This document shows, one piece after another, positions 15,868 to 35,205 of a stretch of 64,000 nt of DNA (positions within the stretch are counted from its first letter, which is position 1; each line of letters begins with the position of its first letter). This DNA comes from the human T2T-CHM13v2.0 reference genome, Homo sapiens. The DNA lies in NCBI RefSeq assembly GCF_009914755.1, contig NC_060948.1; one strand, given 5' to 3'. The translations under genes were made by a program, and so were the position numbers. A model generated the notes under the pieces. That model did no database searches. It had not been told where the DNA came from and saw only the letters and a program-made list of their open reading frames with translations.

Positions 15868-17965
15868 AGATCCATATTTTTTAAATGAAAAAAAATTTCA
15901 AAGGTACTCTGCTTGGTAAAATAATCAAATGTATAAACTGAGGAATAAAACATAACCATGAAACCTACTTATAACTGCATATGGAAAATACAGAGGATAA
16001 TTTTTTAAATAACATATTTTGAAAGCCTTAACTAGTAATTTGAAGAGCTGGCATTTGAAAGGCCAGTATGAATATACCTTCAAAGCAGCAACACAGGTTC
16101 CCCATGAGAAAAAGCAAACACAGGGAAAATAAAAACACAAAGGTTCAATCTCTTCTGACCTTTGAAAGACACAGCACAGACAGTGGTCCTTAGGACGAAG
16201 AGCAGGAGACCCCTAATTCCGTCACCATGGCGATAGGGCATAAACATTGCTGGGTGAGGGCACAATCCACATTGTGAGGTCCAACTGCTGCCAGGAAGAC
16301 AGGAGTGCTTTTACATAGACCGAAAGGTCATTGAAGGCTCAGAGTTTTGTTTCAAGAACTGAATCCCAAGCCCACACGTTATTAGGCTGCGCTTCTTAAA
16401 ACAAGTTATGAGATGGGAAAAAGGGCACCCACAAACATACGTATACATTATGTATATAATAATATAGAGTGTCATATATATAATATATATAACCTATGTA
16501 TAATACTGTTTTACATCCTGCATCTTATGTTATATATATTGTATAAAATATAATAATTGATAATATATAAGTTTTATAATTATACAATATGACATATAGT
16601 ATATATTATAATTTATGACATATATAATATATGTTATATATCATATACAGAATATATTATACGGTTAATATACGTATTATATATATATTATACATTATAT
16701 ATATTATATATAATATATCTGTTATATATAATACCCATTATGCATAATATATATATTATGTCTATGTTATATATAGTATAAAACAACATATAATAATATA
16801 TAATTGTATATATAAAATGCGACATATAATATATATTATATTTTATAACATATGTAATATATATTATATATAATACGTTGTATGTATAATACCTATATTA
16901 AATATATATTATATGACTATGTTATTAATTACATGTCACATGTGTTATATATTATATATTTTACATAGAATATACCGGTTACATACAATATATACTATGT
17001 TACCTATAATGTATAATTTATTACATGTAAAATAAAGAATGCAATATATTATGTATAATTTATAATATACAATATGTGGAATGTGATATATATAACATAT
17101 AATATATGATATATGATATACAGTATATGATATATAACATACAATATATGATTCCTAATATATATGGTATACAATATATATTTTATGATATGTATTCTAT
17201 ATGTTTTATATTCTGTTATATATAACTATTTGAAATTATATATAACTGTATAATATTTTATGTAAATATGTAATATAATATATATAACTATATAATATAT
17301 TATATATAACTATATATTATGTTATATATACTTTTATAACATAATTTACATAAAATATCATAATATAATATATATTATATTATTTCATAATACATAATAT
17401 ATATTACATATCACCCAATATAACTAACATACATAATATTATAATATAGATTATATTATGTTATATTAAATATCATATATATCATGTATCATATATTCTA
17501 TAATATATATTACACATTATATAATATGTATGTTGTCTATTATGTGATATATATAACTCTATATATAATTATATTTTTATACATATAACTAGATAAACAT
17601 GTAATTCTACATATTTTCATTTATAATATGTAGAATTATATAATCATATATAATTATTTATATTCTATAAAAAATTTTATCATTATATAAATTATAATAT
17701 ATAAAAATTATAATATGTACTACAAATATATATATTATATATCATATATGATATAGTACCTTTGTTATATATCATAATACATATAAATGTGTATTATGTT
17801 ATCTATAATTATATAATTTCATATATAAGATGTATGATATGTATCATATATTATATATGTTATGTAATATATATAGTATATATAAGCTGACACAGGATAA
17901 ATATTATATACTATGACATATAAAATATATGAGGTTATATGTTACATATAAGGCATAGCACATAA

Positions 17966-18280
<315 letters not shown>

Positions 18281-20378
18281 AGATCCATATTTTTTAAATG
18301 AAAAAAAATTTCAAAGGTACTCTGCTTGGTACAATAATCAAATGTATAAACTGAGGAATAAAACATAACCATGAAACCTACTTATAACTGCATATGGAAA
18401 ATACAGAGGATAATTTTTTAAATAACATATTTTGAAAGCCTTAACTAGTAATTTGAAGAGTTGGCATTTGAAAGGCCAGTATGAATATACCTTCAAAGCA
18501 GCAACACAGGTTCCCCATGAGAAAAAGCAAACACAGGGAAAATAAAAACACAAAGGTTCAATCTCTTCTGACCTTTGAAAGACACAGCACAGACAGTGGT
18601 CCTTAGGACGAAGAGCAGGAGACCCCTAATTCCGTCACCATGGCGATAGGGCATAAACATTGCTGGGTGAGGGCACAATCCACATTGTGAGGTCCAACTG
18701 CTGCCAGGAAGACAGGAGTGCTTTTACATAGACCGAAAGGTCATTGAAGGCTCAGAGTTTTGTTTCAAGAACTGAATCCCAAGCCCACACGTTATTAGGC
18801 TGCGCTTCTTAAAACAAGTTATGAGATGGGAAAAAGGGCACCCACAAACATACGTATACATTATGTATATAATAATATACAGTATCATATATATAATATA
18901 TATAACCTATGTATAATATTGTTTTACATCCTGCATCTTATGTTATATATATTGTATAAAATATAATAATTGATAATATATAAGTTTTATAATTATACAA
19001 TATGACATATAGTATATATTATAATTTATGACATATATAATATATGTTATATATCATATATAGAATATATTATACGGTTAATATACGTATTAAATATAAA
19101 TTATACATTATATATATTATATATAATATATCTGTTATATATAATACCCATTATGCATAATATATATATTATGTCTATGTTATATATAGTATAAAACAAC
19201 ATATATTAATATATAATTGTATATATAAAATGCGACATATAATATATATTATATTTTATAAAATATGTAATATATATTATATATAATACGTTGTATGTAT
19301 AATACCTATATTAAATATATATTATATGACTATGTTATTAATTACATGTCACATGTGTTATATATTATATATTTTACATAGAATATACCGGTTACATACA
19401 ATATATACTATGTTACCTATAATGTATAATTTATTACATGTAAAATAAAGAATGCAATATATTATGTATAATTTATAATATACAATATGTGGAATGTGAT
19501 ATATATAACATATAATATATGATATATGATATACAGTATATGATATATAACATACAATATATGATTCCTAATATATATGGTATACAATATATATTTTATG
19601 ATATGTATTCTATATGTTTTATATTCTGTTATATATAACTATTTGAAATTATATATAACTGTATAATATTTTATGTAAATATGTAATATAATATATATAA
19701 CTATATAATATATTATATATAACTATATATTATGTTATATATACTTTTATAACATAATTTACATAAAATATCATAATATAATATATATTATATTATTTCA
19801 TATTACATAATATATATTACATATCACCCAATATAACTAACATACATAATATTATAATATAGATTATATTGTGTTATATTAAATATCATATATATCATGT
19901 ATCATATATTCTATAATATATATTACACATTATATAATATGTATGTTGTATATTATGTGATATATATAACTCTATATATAATTATATTTTTATACGTATA
20001 ACTAGATAAACATGTAATTCTACATATTTTCATTTATAATATGTAGAATTATATAATCATATATAATTATTTATATTCTATAAAAAATTTTGTCATTATA
20101 TAAATTATAATATATAAAAATTATAATATGTATTACAAATATATATATTATATATCATATATGATATAGTACCTTTGTTATATATCATAATACATATAAA
20201 TGTGTATTATGTTATCTATAATTATATAATTTCATATATAAGATGTATAATATGTATCATATATTATATATGTTATGTAACATATATAGTATATATAAGA
20301 TGACACAGGATAAATATTATATACTATGACATATAAAATATATGAGGTTATATGTTACATATAAGGCATAGCACATAA

Positions 20379-20693
<315 letters not shown>

Positions 20694-22796
20694 AGATCCA
20701 TATTTTTTAAATGAAAAAAAATTTCAAAGGTACTCTGCTTGGTACAATAATCAAATGTATAAACTGAGGAATAAAACATAACCATGAAACCTACTTATAA
20801 CTGCATATGGAAAATACAGAGGATAATTTTTTAAATAACATATTTTGAAAGCCTTAACTAGTAATTTGAAGAGTTGGCATTTGAAAGGCCAGTATGAATA
20901 TACCTTCAAAGCAGCAACACAGGTTCCCCATGAGAAAAAGCAAACACAGGGAAAATAAAAACACAAAGGTTCAATCTCTTCTGACCTTTGAAAGACACAG
21001 CACAGACAGTGGTCCTTAGGACGAAGAGCAGGAGACCCCTAATTCCGTCACCATGGCGATAGGGCATAAACATTGCTGGGTGAGGGCACAATCCACATTG
21101 TGAGGTCCAACTGCTGCCAGGAAGACAGGAGTGCTTTTACATAGACCGAAAGGTCATTGAAGGCTCAGAGTTTTGTTTCAAGAACTGAATCCCAAGCCCA
21201 CACGTTATTAGGCTGCGCTTCTTAAAACAAGTTATGAGATGGGAAAAAGGGCACCCACAAACATACGTATACATTATGTATATAATAATATACAGTATCA
21301 TATATATAATATATATAACCTATGTATAATACTGTTTTACATCCTGCATCTTATGTTATATACATTGTATAAAATATAATAATTGATAATATATAAGTTT
21401 TATAATTATACAATATGACATATAGTATATATTATAATTTATGACATATATAATATATGTTATATATCATATATAGAATATATTATACGGTTAATATACG
21501 TATTAAATATAAATTATACATTATATATATTATATATAATATATCTGTTATATATAATACCCATTATGCATAATATATATATTATGTCTATGTTATATAT
21601 AGTATAAAACAACATATAATAATATATAATTGTATATATAAAATGCGACATATAATATATATTATATTGTATAACATATGTAATATATATTATATATTAT
21701 ATATAATACGTTGTATGTATAATACATATATTAAATATATATTATATGACTATGTTATTAATTACATGTCACATGTGTTATATATTATATATTTTACATA
21801 GAATATACCGGTTACATACAATATATACTATGTTACCTATAATGTATAATTTATTACATGTAAAATAAAGAATGCAATATATTATGTATAATTTATAATA
21901 TACAATATGTGGAATGTGATATATATAACATATAATATATGATATATGATATACAGTATATGATATATAACATACAATATATGATTCCTAATATATATGG
22001 TATGCAATATATATTTTATGATATGTATTCTATGTTTTATATTCTGTTATTTATAACTATTTGAAATTATATATAACTGTATAATATTTTATGTAAATAT
22101 GTAATATAATATATATAACTATATAATATATTATATATAACTATATATTATGTTATATATACTTTTATAACATAATTTACATAAAATATCATAATATAAT
22201 ATATATTATATTATTTCATATTACATAATATATATTACATATCACCCAATATAACTAACATACATAATATTATAATATAGATTATATTGTGTTATATTAA
22301 ATATCATATATATCATGTATCATATATTCTATAATATATATTACACATTATATAATATGTATGTTGTCTATTATGTGATATATATAACTCTATATATAAT
22401 TATATTTTTATACGTATAACTAGATAAACATGTAATTCTACATATTTTCATTTATAATATGTAGAATTATATAATCATATATAATTATTTATATTCTATA
22501 AAAAATTTTGTCATTATATAAATTATAATATATAAAAATTATAATATGTATTACAAATATATATATTATATATCATATATGATATAGTACCTTTGTTATA
22601 TATCATAATACATATAAATGTGTATTATGTTATCTATAATTATATAATTTCATATATAAGATGTATAATATGTATCATATATTATATATGTTATGTAACA
22701 TATATAGTATATATAAGATGACACAGGATAAATATTATATACTATGACATATAAAATATATGAGGTTATATGTTACATATAAGGCATAGCACATAA

Positions 22797-23111
<315 letters not shown>

Positions 23112-25214
23112 AGATCCATATTTTTTAAATGAAAAAAAATTTCAAAGGTACTCTGCTTGGTACAATAATCAAATGTATAAACTGAGGAATAAAACATAAC
23201 CATGAAACCTACTTATAACTGCATATGGAAAATACAGAGGATAATTTTTTAAATAACATATTTTGAAAGCCTTAACTAGTAATTTGAAGAGTTGGCATTT
23301 GAAAGGCCAGTATGAATATACCTTCAAAGCAGCAACACAGGTTCCCCATGAGAAAAAGCAAACACAGGGAAAATAAAAACACAAAGGTTCAATCTCTTCT
23401 GACCTTTGAAAGACACAGCACAGACAGTGGTCCTTAGGACGAAGAGCAGGAGACCCCTAATTCCGTCACCATGGCGATAGGGCATAAACATTGCTGGGTG
23501 AGGGCACAATCCACATTGTGAGGTCCAACTGCTGCCAGGAAGACAGGAGTGCTTTTACATAGACCGAAAGGTCATTGAAGGCTCAGAGTTTTGTTTCAAG
23601 AACTGAATCCCAAGCCCACACGTTATTAGGCTGCGCTTCTTAAAACAAGTTATGAGATGGGAAAAAGGGCACCCACAAACATACGTATACATTATGTATA
23701 TAATAATATACAGTATCATATATATAATATATATAACCTATGTATAATACTGTTTTACATCCTGCATCTTATGTTATATACATTGTATAAAATATAATAA
23801 TTGATAATATATAAGTTTTATAATTATACAATATGACATATAGTATATATTATAATTTATGACATATATAATATATGTTATATATCATATATAGAATATA
23901 TTATACGGTTAATATACGTATTAAATATAAATTATACATTATATATATTATATATAATATATCTGTTATATATAATACCCATTATGCATAATATATATAT
24001 TATGTCTATGTTATATATAGTATAAAACAACATATAATAATATATAATTGTATATATAAAATGCGACATATAATATATATTATATTGTATAACATATGTA
24101 ATATATATTATATATTATATATAATACGTTGTATGTATAATACATATATTAAATATATATTATATGACTATGTTATTAATTACATGTCACATGTGTTATA
24201 TATTATATATTTTACATAGAATATACCGGTTACATACAATATATACTATGTTACCTATAATGTATAATTTATTACATGTAAAATAAAGAATGCAATATAT
24301 TATGTATAATTTATAATATACAATATGTGGAATGTGATATATATAACATATAATATATGATATATGATATACAGTATATGATATATAACATACAATATAT
24401 GATTCCTAATATATATGGTATGCAATATATATTTTATGATATGTATTCTATGTTTTATATTCTGTTATATATAACTATTTGAAATTATATATAACTGTAT
24501 AATATTTTATGTAAATATGTAATATAATATATATAACTATATAATATATTATATATAACTATATATTATGTTATATATACTTTTATAACATAATTTACAT
24601 AAAATATCATAATATAATATATATTATATTATTTCATATTACATAATATATATTACATATCACCCAATATAACTAACATACATAATATTATAATATAGAT
24701 TATATTGTGTTATATTAAATATCATATATATCATGTATCATATATTCTATAATATATATTACACATTATATAATATGTATGTTGTCTATTATGTGATATA
24801 TATAACTCTATATATAATTATATTTTTATACATATAACTAGATAAACATGTAATTCTACATATTTTCATTTATAATATGTAGAATTATATAATCATATAT
24901 AATTATTTATATTCTATAAAAAATTTTATCATTATATAAATTATAATATATAAAAATTATAATATGTACTACAAATATATATATTATATATCATATATGA
25001 TATAGTACCTTTGTTATATATCATAATACATATAAATGTGTATTATGTTGTCTATAATTATATAATTTCATATATAAGATGTATAATATGTATCATATAT
25101 TATATATGTTATGTAACATATATAGTATATATAAGATGACACAGGATAAATATTATATACTATGACATATAAAATATATGAGGTTATATGTTACATATAA
25201 GGCATAGCACATAA

Positions 25215-25529
<315 letters not shown>

Positions 25530-27627
25530 AGATCCATATTTTTTAAATGAAAAAAAATTTCAAAGGTACTCTGCTTGGTACAATAATCAAATGTATAAAC
25601 TGAGGAATAAAACATAACCATGAAACCTACTTATAACTGCATATGGAAAATACAGAGGATAATTTTTTAAATAACATATTTTGAAAGCCTTAACTAGTAA
25701 TTTGAAGAGTTGGCATTTGAAAGGCCAGTATGAATATACCTTCAAAGCAGCAACACAGGTTCCCCATGAGAAAAAGCAAACACAGGGAAAATAAAAACAC
25801 AAAGGTTCAATCTCTTCTGACCTTTGAAAGACACAGCACAGACAGTGGTCCTTAGGACGAAGAGCAGGAGACCCCTAATTCCGTCACCATGGCGATAGGG
25901 CATAAACATTGCTGGGTGAGGGCACAATCCACATTGTGAGGTCCAACTGCTGCCAGGAAGACAGGAGTGCTTTTACATAGACCGAAAGGTCATTGAAGGC
26001 TCAGAGTTTTGTTTCAAGAACTGAATCCCAAGCCCACACGTTATTAGGCTGCGCTTCTTAAAACAAGTTATGAGATGGGAAAAAGGGCACCCACAAACAT
26101 ACGTATACATTATGTATATAATAATATACAGTATCATATATATAATATATATAACCTATGTATAATATTGTTTTACATCCTGCATCTTATGTTATATATA
26201 TTGTATAAAATATAATAATTGATAATATATAAGTTTTATAATTATACAATATGACATATAGTATATATTATAATTTATGACATATATAATATATGTTATA
26301 TATCATATATAGAATATATTATACGGTTAATATACGTATTAAATATAAATTATACATTATATATATTATATATAATATATCTGTTATATATAATACCCAT
26401 TATGCATAATATATATATTATGTCTATGTTATATATAGTATAAAACAACATATAATAATATATAATTGTATATATAAAATGCGACATATAATATATATTA
26501 TATTTTATAACATATGTAATATATATTATATATAATACGTTGTATGTATAATACCTATATTAAATATATATTATATGACTATGTTATTAATTACATGTCA
26601 CATGTGTTATATATTATATATTTTACATAGAATATACCGGTTACATACAATATATACTATGTTACCTATAATGTATAATTTATTACATGTAAAATAAAGA
26701 ATGCAATATATTATGTATAATTTATAATATACAATATGTGGAATGTGATATATATAACATATAATATATGATATATGATATACAGTATATGATATATAAC
26801 ATACAATATATGATTCCTAATATATATGGTATACAATATATATTTTATGATATGTATTCTATATGTTTTATATTCTGTTATATATAACTATTTGAAATTA
26901 TATATAACTGTATAATATTTTATGTAAATATGTAATATAATATATATAACTATATAATATATTATATATAACTATATATTATGTTATATATACTTTTATA
27001 ACATAATTTATATAAAATATCATAATATAATATATATTATATTATTTCATATTACATAATATATATTACATATCACCCAATATAACTAACATACATAATA
27101 TTATAATATAGATTATATTGTGTTATATTAAATATCATATATATCATGTATCATATATTCTATAATATATATTACACATTATATAATATGTATGTTGTAT
27201 ATTATGTGATATATATAACTCTATATATAATTATATTTTTATACATATAACTAGATAAACATGTAATTCTACATATTTTCATTTATAATATGTAGAATTA
27301 TATAATCATATATAATTATTTATATTCTATAAAAAATTTTGTCATTATATAAATTATAATATATAAAAATTATAATATGTATTACAAATATATATATTAT
27401 ATATCATATATGATATAGTACCTTTGTTATATATCATAATACATATAAATGTGTATTATGTTATCTATAATTATATAATTTCATATATAAGATGTATAAT
27501 ATGTATCATATATTATATATGTTATGTAACATATATAGTATATATAAGATGACACAGGATAAATATTATATACTATGACATATAAAATATATGAGGTTAT
27601 ATGTTACATATAAGGCATAGCACATAA

Positions 27628-27942
<315 letters not shown>

Positions 27943-30071
27943 AGATCCATATTTTTTAAATGAAAAAAAATTTCAAAGGTACTCTGCTTGGTACAATAAT
28001 CAAATGTATAAACTGAGGAATAAAACATAACCATGAAACCTACTTATAACTGCATATGGAAAATACAGAGGATAATTTTTTAAATAACATATTTTGAAAG
28101 CCTTAACTACTAATTTGAAGAGTTGGCATTTGAAAGGCCAGTATGAATATACCTTCAAAGCAGCAACACAGGTTCCCCATGAGAAAAAGCAAACACAGGG
28201 AAAATAAAAACACAAAGGTTCAATCTCTTCTGACCTTTGAAAGACACAGCACAGACAGTGGTCCTTAGGACGAAGAGCAGGAGACCCCTAATTCCGTCAC
28301 CATGGCGATAGGGCATAAACATTGCTGGGTGAGGGCACAATCCACATTGTGAGGTCCAACTGCTGCCAGGAAGACAGGAGTGCTTTTACATAGACCGAAA
28401 GGTCATTGAAGGCTCAGAGTTTTGTTTCAAGAACTGAATCCCAAGCCCACACGTTATTAGGCTGCGCTTCTTAAAACAAGTTATGAGATGGGAAAAAGGG
28501 CACCAACAAACATACGTATACATTATGCATATAATAATATACAGTATCATATATATAATATATATAACCTATGTATAATATTGTTTTACATCCTGCATCT
28601 TATGTTATATATATTGTATAAAATATAATAATTGATAATATATAAGTTTTATAATTATACAATATGACATATAGTATATATTATAATTTATGACATATAT
28701 AATATATGTTATATATCATATATAGAATATATTATACGGTTAATATACGTATTAAATATAAATTATACATTATATATATTATATATAATATATCTGTTAT
28801 ATATAATACCCATTATGCATAATATATATATTATGTCTATGTTATATATAGCATAAAACAACATATAATAATATATAATTGTATATATAAAATGCGACAT
28901 ATAATATATATTATATTTTATATCATATGTAATATATATTATATATTATATATAATACGTTGTATGTATAATACCTATATTAAATATATATTATATGACT
29001 ATGTTATTAATTACATGTCACATGTGTTATATATTATATATTTTACATAGAATATACCGGTTACATACAATATATACTATGTTACCTATAATGTATAATT
29101 TATTACATGTAAAATAAAGAATGCAATATATTATGTATAATTTATAATATACAATATGTGGAATGTGATATATATAACATATAATATATGATATATGATA
29201 TACAGTATATGATATATAACATACAATATATGATTCCTAATATATATGGTATACAATATATATTTTATGATATGTATTCTATATGTTTTATATTCTGTTA
29301 TATATAACTATTTGAAATTATATATAACTGTATAATATTTTATGTAAATATGTAATATAATATATATAACTATATAATATATTATATATAACTATATATT
29401 ATGTTATATATACTTTTATAACATAATTTACATAAAATATCATAATATAATATATATTATATTATTTCATATTACATAATATATATTACATATCACCCAA
29501 TATAACTAACATACATAATATTATAATATAGATTATATTATGTTATATTAAATATCATATATATCATGTATCATATATTCTATAATATATGTTACACATT
29601 ATATAATATGTATGTTGTCTATTATGTGATATATATAACTATATATATAATTATATTTTTATACATATAACTAGATAAACATGTAATTCTACATATTTTC
29701 ATTTATAATATGTAGAATTATATAATCATATATAATTATTTATATTCTATAAAAAATTTTATCATTATATAAATTATAATATATAAAAATTATAATATGT
29801 ACTACAAATATATATATTATATATCATATATGATATAGTACCTTTGTTATATATCATAATACATATAAATGTGTATTATGTTATCTATAATTATATAATT
29901 TCATATATAAGATGTATAATATGTATCATATATTATATATGTTATGTAATATATATAGTATATATAAGATGACACAGGATAAATATTATATACTATGACA
30001 TATAAAATATATGAGGTTATATGTTACATATAAGGCATAGCACATAACATGTAATATATATCATATATAAT

Positions 30072-30363
30072 TATTTTTTTAGACAGAACCTTGTCCTGTT
30101 GCACAGGGTGGGGTACAATGGCGCCATCTTTGCTCACTGCAACTTCTGCCTCACGGGTCCAAGCGATTGTCCTCCCTCAGCCTCCCAGGTAGCTGGGACT
30201 ACACCACACTGGGACTACACCAGCTGCCACCATGCCTAGCTAATTTTTTGGATTTTTAGTAGTGACAGCCTTTCACTGTATTGGCCAGGATGGTCTTGAT
30301 CTCTTCACCTTGTGATCCCCTTGCCTTGGCCTCCAAATTTGCTGGGATTACAGGCCTGAGCCA
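30072..30363 (-). mobile_element. Diverged Alu, copy 13 (interrupted tail variant)
   Basis: Near-identical to copy 1; tail reads TTATTTTTTT on the + strand. Confidence 0.93.
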
Positions 30364-32492
30364 AGATCCATATTTTTTAAATGAAAAAAAATTTCAAAGG
30401 TACTCTGCTTGGTACAATAATCAAATGTATAAACTGAGGAATAAAACATAACCATGAAACCTACTTATAACTGCATATGGAAAATACAGAGGATAATTTT
30501 TTAAATAACATATTTTGAAAGCCTTAACTAGTAATTTGAAGAGTTGGCATTTGAAAGGCCAGTATGAATATACCTTCAAAGCAGCAACACAGGTTCCCCA
30601 TGAGAAAAAGCAAACACAGGGAAAATAAAAACACAAAGGTTCAATCTCTTCTGACCTTTGAAAGACACAGCACAGACAGTTGTCCTTAAGACGAAGAGCA
30701 GGAGACCCCTAATTCCGTCACCATGGCGATAGGGCATAAACATTGCTGGGTGAGGGCACAATCCACATTGTGAGGTCCAACTGCTGCCAGGAAGACAGGA
30801 GTGCTTTTACATAGACCGAAAGGTCATTGAAGGCTCAGAGTTTTGTTTCAAGAACTGAATCCCAAGCCCACACGTTATTACACTGCGCTTCTTAAAACAA
30901 GTTATGAGATGGGAAAAAGGGCACCCACAAACATACGTATACATTATGTATATAATAATATACAGTATCATATATATAATATATATAACCTATGTATAAT
31001 ATTGTTTTACATCCTGCATCTTATGTTATATATATTGTATAAAATATAATAATTGATAATATATAAGTTTTATAATTATACAATATGACATATAGTATAT
31101 ATTATAATTTATGACATATATAATATATGTTATATATCATATATAGAATATATTATACGGTTAATATACGTATTAAATATAAATTATACATTATATATAT
31201 TATATATAATATATCTGTTATATATAATACCCATTATGCATAATATATATATTATGTCTATGTTATATATAGCATAAAACAACATATAATAATATATAAT
31301 TGTATATATAAAATGCGACATATAATATATATTATATTTTATAACATATGTAATATATATTATATATTATATATAATACGTTGTATGTATAATACCTATA
31401 TTAAATATATATTATATGACTATGTTATTAATTACATGTCACATGTGTTATATATTATATATTTTACATAGAATATACCGGTTACATACAATATATACTA
31501 TGTTACCTATAATGTATAATTTATTACATGTAAAATAAAGAATGTAATATATTATGTATAATTTATAATATACAATATGTGGAATGTGATATATATAACA
31601 TATAATATATGATATATGATATACAGTATATGATATATAACATACAATATATGATTCCTAATATATATGGTATACAATATATATTTTATGATATGTATTC
31701 TATATGTTTTATATTCTGTTATATATAACTATTTGAAATTATATATAACTGTATAATATTTTATGTAAATATGTAATATAATATATATAACTATATAATA
31801 TATTATATATAACTATATATTATGTTATATATACTTTTATAACATAATTTACATAAAATATCATAATATAATATATATTATATTATTTCATATTACATAA
31901 TATATATTACATATCACCCAATATAACTAACATACATAATATTATAATATAGATTATATTATGTTATATTAAATATCATATATATCATGTATCATATCTT
32001 CTATAATATATGTTACACATTATATAATATGTATGTTGTCTATTATGTGATATATATAACTATATATATAATTATATTTTTATACATATAACTAGATAAA
32101 CATGTAATTCTACATATTTTCATTTATAATATGTAGAATTATATAATCATATATAATTATTTATATTCTATAAAAAATTTTATCATTATATAAATTATAA
32201 TATATAAAAATTATAATATGTACTACAAATATATATATTATATATCATATATGATATAGTACCTTTGTTATATATCATAATACATATAAATGTGTATTAT
32301 GTTATCTATAATTATATAATTTCATATATAAGATGTATAATATGTATCATATATTATATATGTTATGTAATATATATAGTATATATAAGATGACACAGGA
32401 TAAATATTATATACTATGACATATAAAATATATGAGGTTATATGTTACATATAAGGCATAGCACATAACATGTAATATATATCATATATAAT

Positions 32493-32784
32493 TATTTTTT
32501 TAGACAGAACCTTGTCCTGTTGCACAGGGTGGGGTACAATGGCGCCATCTTTGCTCACTGCAACTTCTGCCTCACGGGTCCAAGCGATTGTCCTCCCTCA
32601 GCCTCCCAGGTAGCTGGGACTACACCACACTGGGACTACACCAGCTGCCACCATGCCTAGCTAATTTTTTGGATTTTTAGTAGTGACAGCCTTTCACTGT
32701 ATTGGCCAGGATGGTCTTGATCTCTTCACCTTGTGATCCCCTTGCCTTGGCCTCCAAATTTGCTGGGATTACAGGCCTGAGCCA
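32493..32784 (-). mobile_element. Diverged Alu, copy 14 (interrupted tail variant)
   Basis: Near-identical to copy 13. Confidence 0.93.
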
Positions 32785-34896
32785 AGATCCATATTTTTTA
32801 AATGAAAAAAAATTTCAAAGGTACTCTGCTTGGTACAATAATCAAATGTATAAACTGAGGAATAAAACATAACCATGAAACCTACTTATAACTGCATATG
32901 GAAAATACAGAGGATAATTTTTTAAATAACATATTTTGAAAGCCTTAACTAGTAATTTGAAGAGTTGGCATTTGAAAGGCCAGTATGAATATACCTTCAA
33001 AGCAGCAACACAGGTTCCCCATGAGAAAAAGCAAACACAGGGAAAATAAAAACACAAAGGTTCAATCTCTTCTGACCTTTGAAAGACACAGCACAGACAG
33101 TTGTCCTTAAGACGAAGAGCAGGAGACCCCTAATTCCGTCACCATGGCGATAGGGCATAAACATTGCTGGGTGAGGGCACAATCCACATTGTGAGGTCCA
33201 ACTGCTGCCAGGAAGACAGGAGTGCTTTTACATAGACCGAAAGGTCATTGAAGGCTCAGAGTTTTGTTTCAAGAACTGAATCCCAAGCCCACACGTTATT
33301 ACACTGCGCTTCTTAAAACAAGTTATGAGATGGGAAAAAGGGCACCCACAAACATACGTATACATTATGTATATAATAATATACAGTATCATATATATAA
33401 TATATATAACCTATGTATAATATTGTTTTACATCCTGCATCTTATGTTATATATATTGTATAAAATATAATAATTGATAATATATAAGTTTTATAATTAT
33501 ACAATATGACATATAGTATATATTATAATTTATGACATATATAATATATGTTATATATCATATATAGAATATGTTATACGGTTAATATACGTATTAAATA
33601 TAAATTATACATTATATATATTATATATAATATATCTGTTATATATAATACCCATTATGCATAATATATATATTATGTCTATGTTATATATAGTATAAAA
33701 CAACATATAATAATATATAATTGTATATATAAAATGCGACATATAATATATATTATATTTTATAACATATGTAATATATATTATATATTATATATAATAC
33801 GTTGTATGTATAATACCTATATTAAATATATATTATATGACTATGTTATTAATTACATGTCACATGTGTTATATATTATATATTTTACATAGAATATACC
33901 GGTTACATACAATATATACTATGTTACCTATAATGTATAATTTATTACATGTAAAATAAAGAATGCAATATATAATGTATAATTTATAATATACAATATG
34001 TGGAATGTGATATATATAACATATAATATATGATATATGATATACAGTATATGATATATAACATACAATATATGATTCCTAATATATATGGTATACAATA
34101 TATATTTTATGATATGTATTCTATATGTTTTATATTCTGTTATATATAACTATTTGAAATTATATATAACTGTATAATATTTTATGTAAATATGTAATAT
34201 AATATATATAACTATATAATATATTATATATAACTATATATTATGTTATATATACTTTTATAACATAATTTACATAAAATATCATAATATAATATATATT
34301 ATATTATTTCATATTACATAATATATATTACATATCACCCAATATAACTAACATACATAATATTATAATATAGATTATATTATGTTATATTAAATATCAT
34401 ATATATCATGTATCATATATTCTATAATATATATTACACATTATATAATATGTATGTTGTCTATTATGTGATATATATAACTCTATATATAATTATATTT
34501 TTATACATATAACTAGATAAACATGTAATTCTACATATTTTCATTTATAATATGTAGAATTATATAATCATATATAATTATTTATATTCTATAAAAAATT
34601 TTATCATTATATAAATTATAATATATAAAAATTATAATATGTACTACAAATATATATATTATATATCATATATGATATAGTACCTTTGTTATATATCATA
34701 ATACATATAAATGTGTATTATGTTATCTATAATTATATAATTTCATATATAAGATGTATAATATGTATCATATATTATATATGTTATGTAATATATATAG
34801 TATATATAAGATGACACAGGATAAATATTATATACTATGACATATAAAATATATGAGGTTATATGTTACATATAAGGCATAGCACATAACATGTAA

Positions 34897-35205
<309 letters not shown>

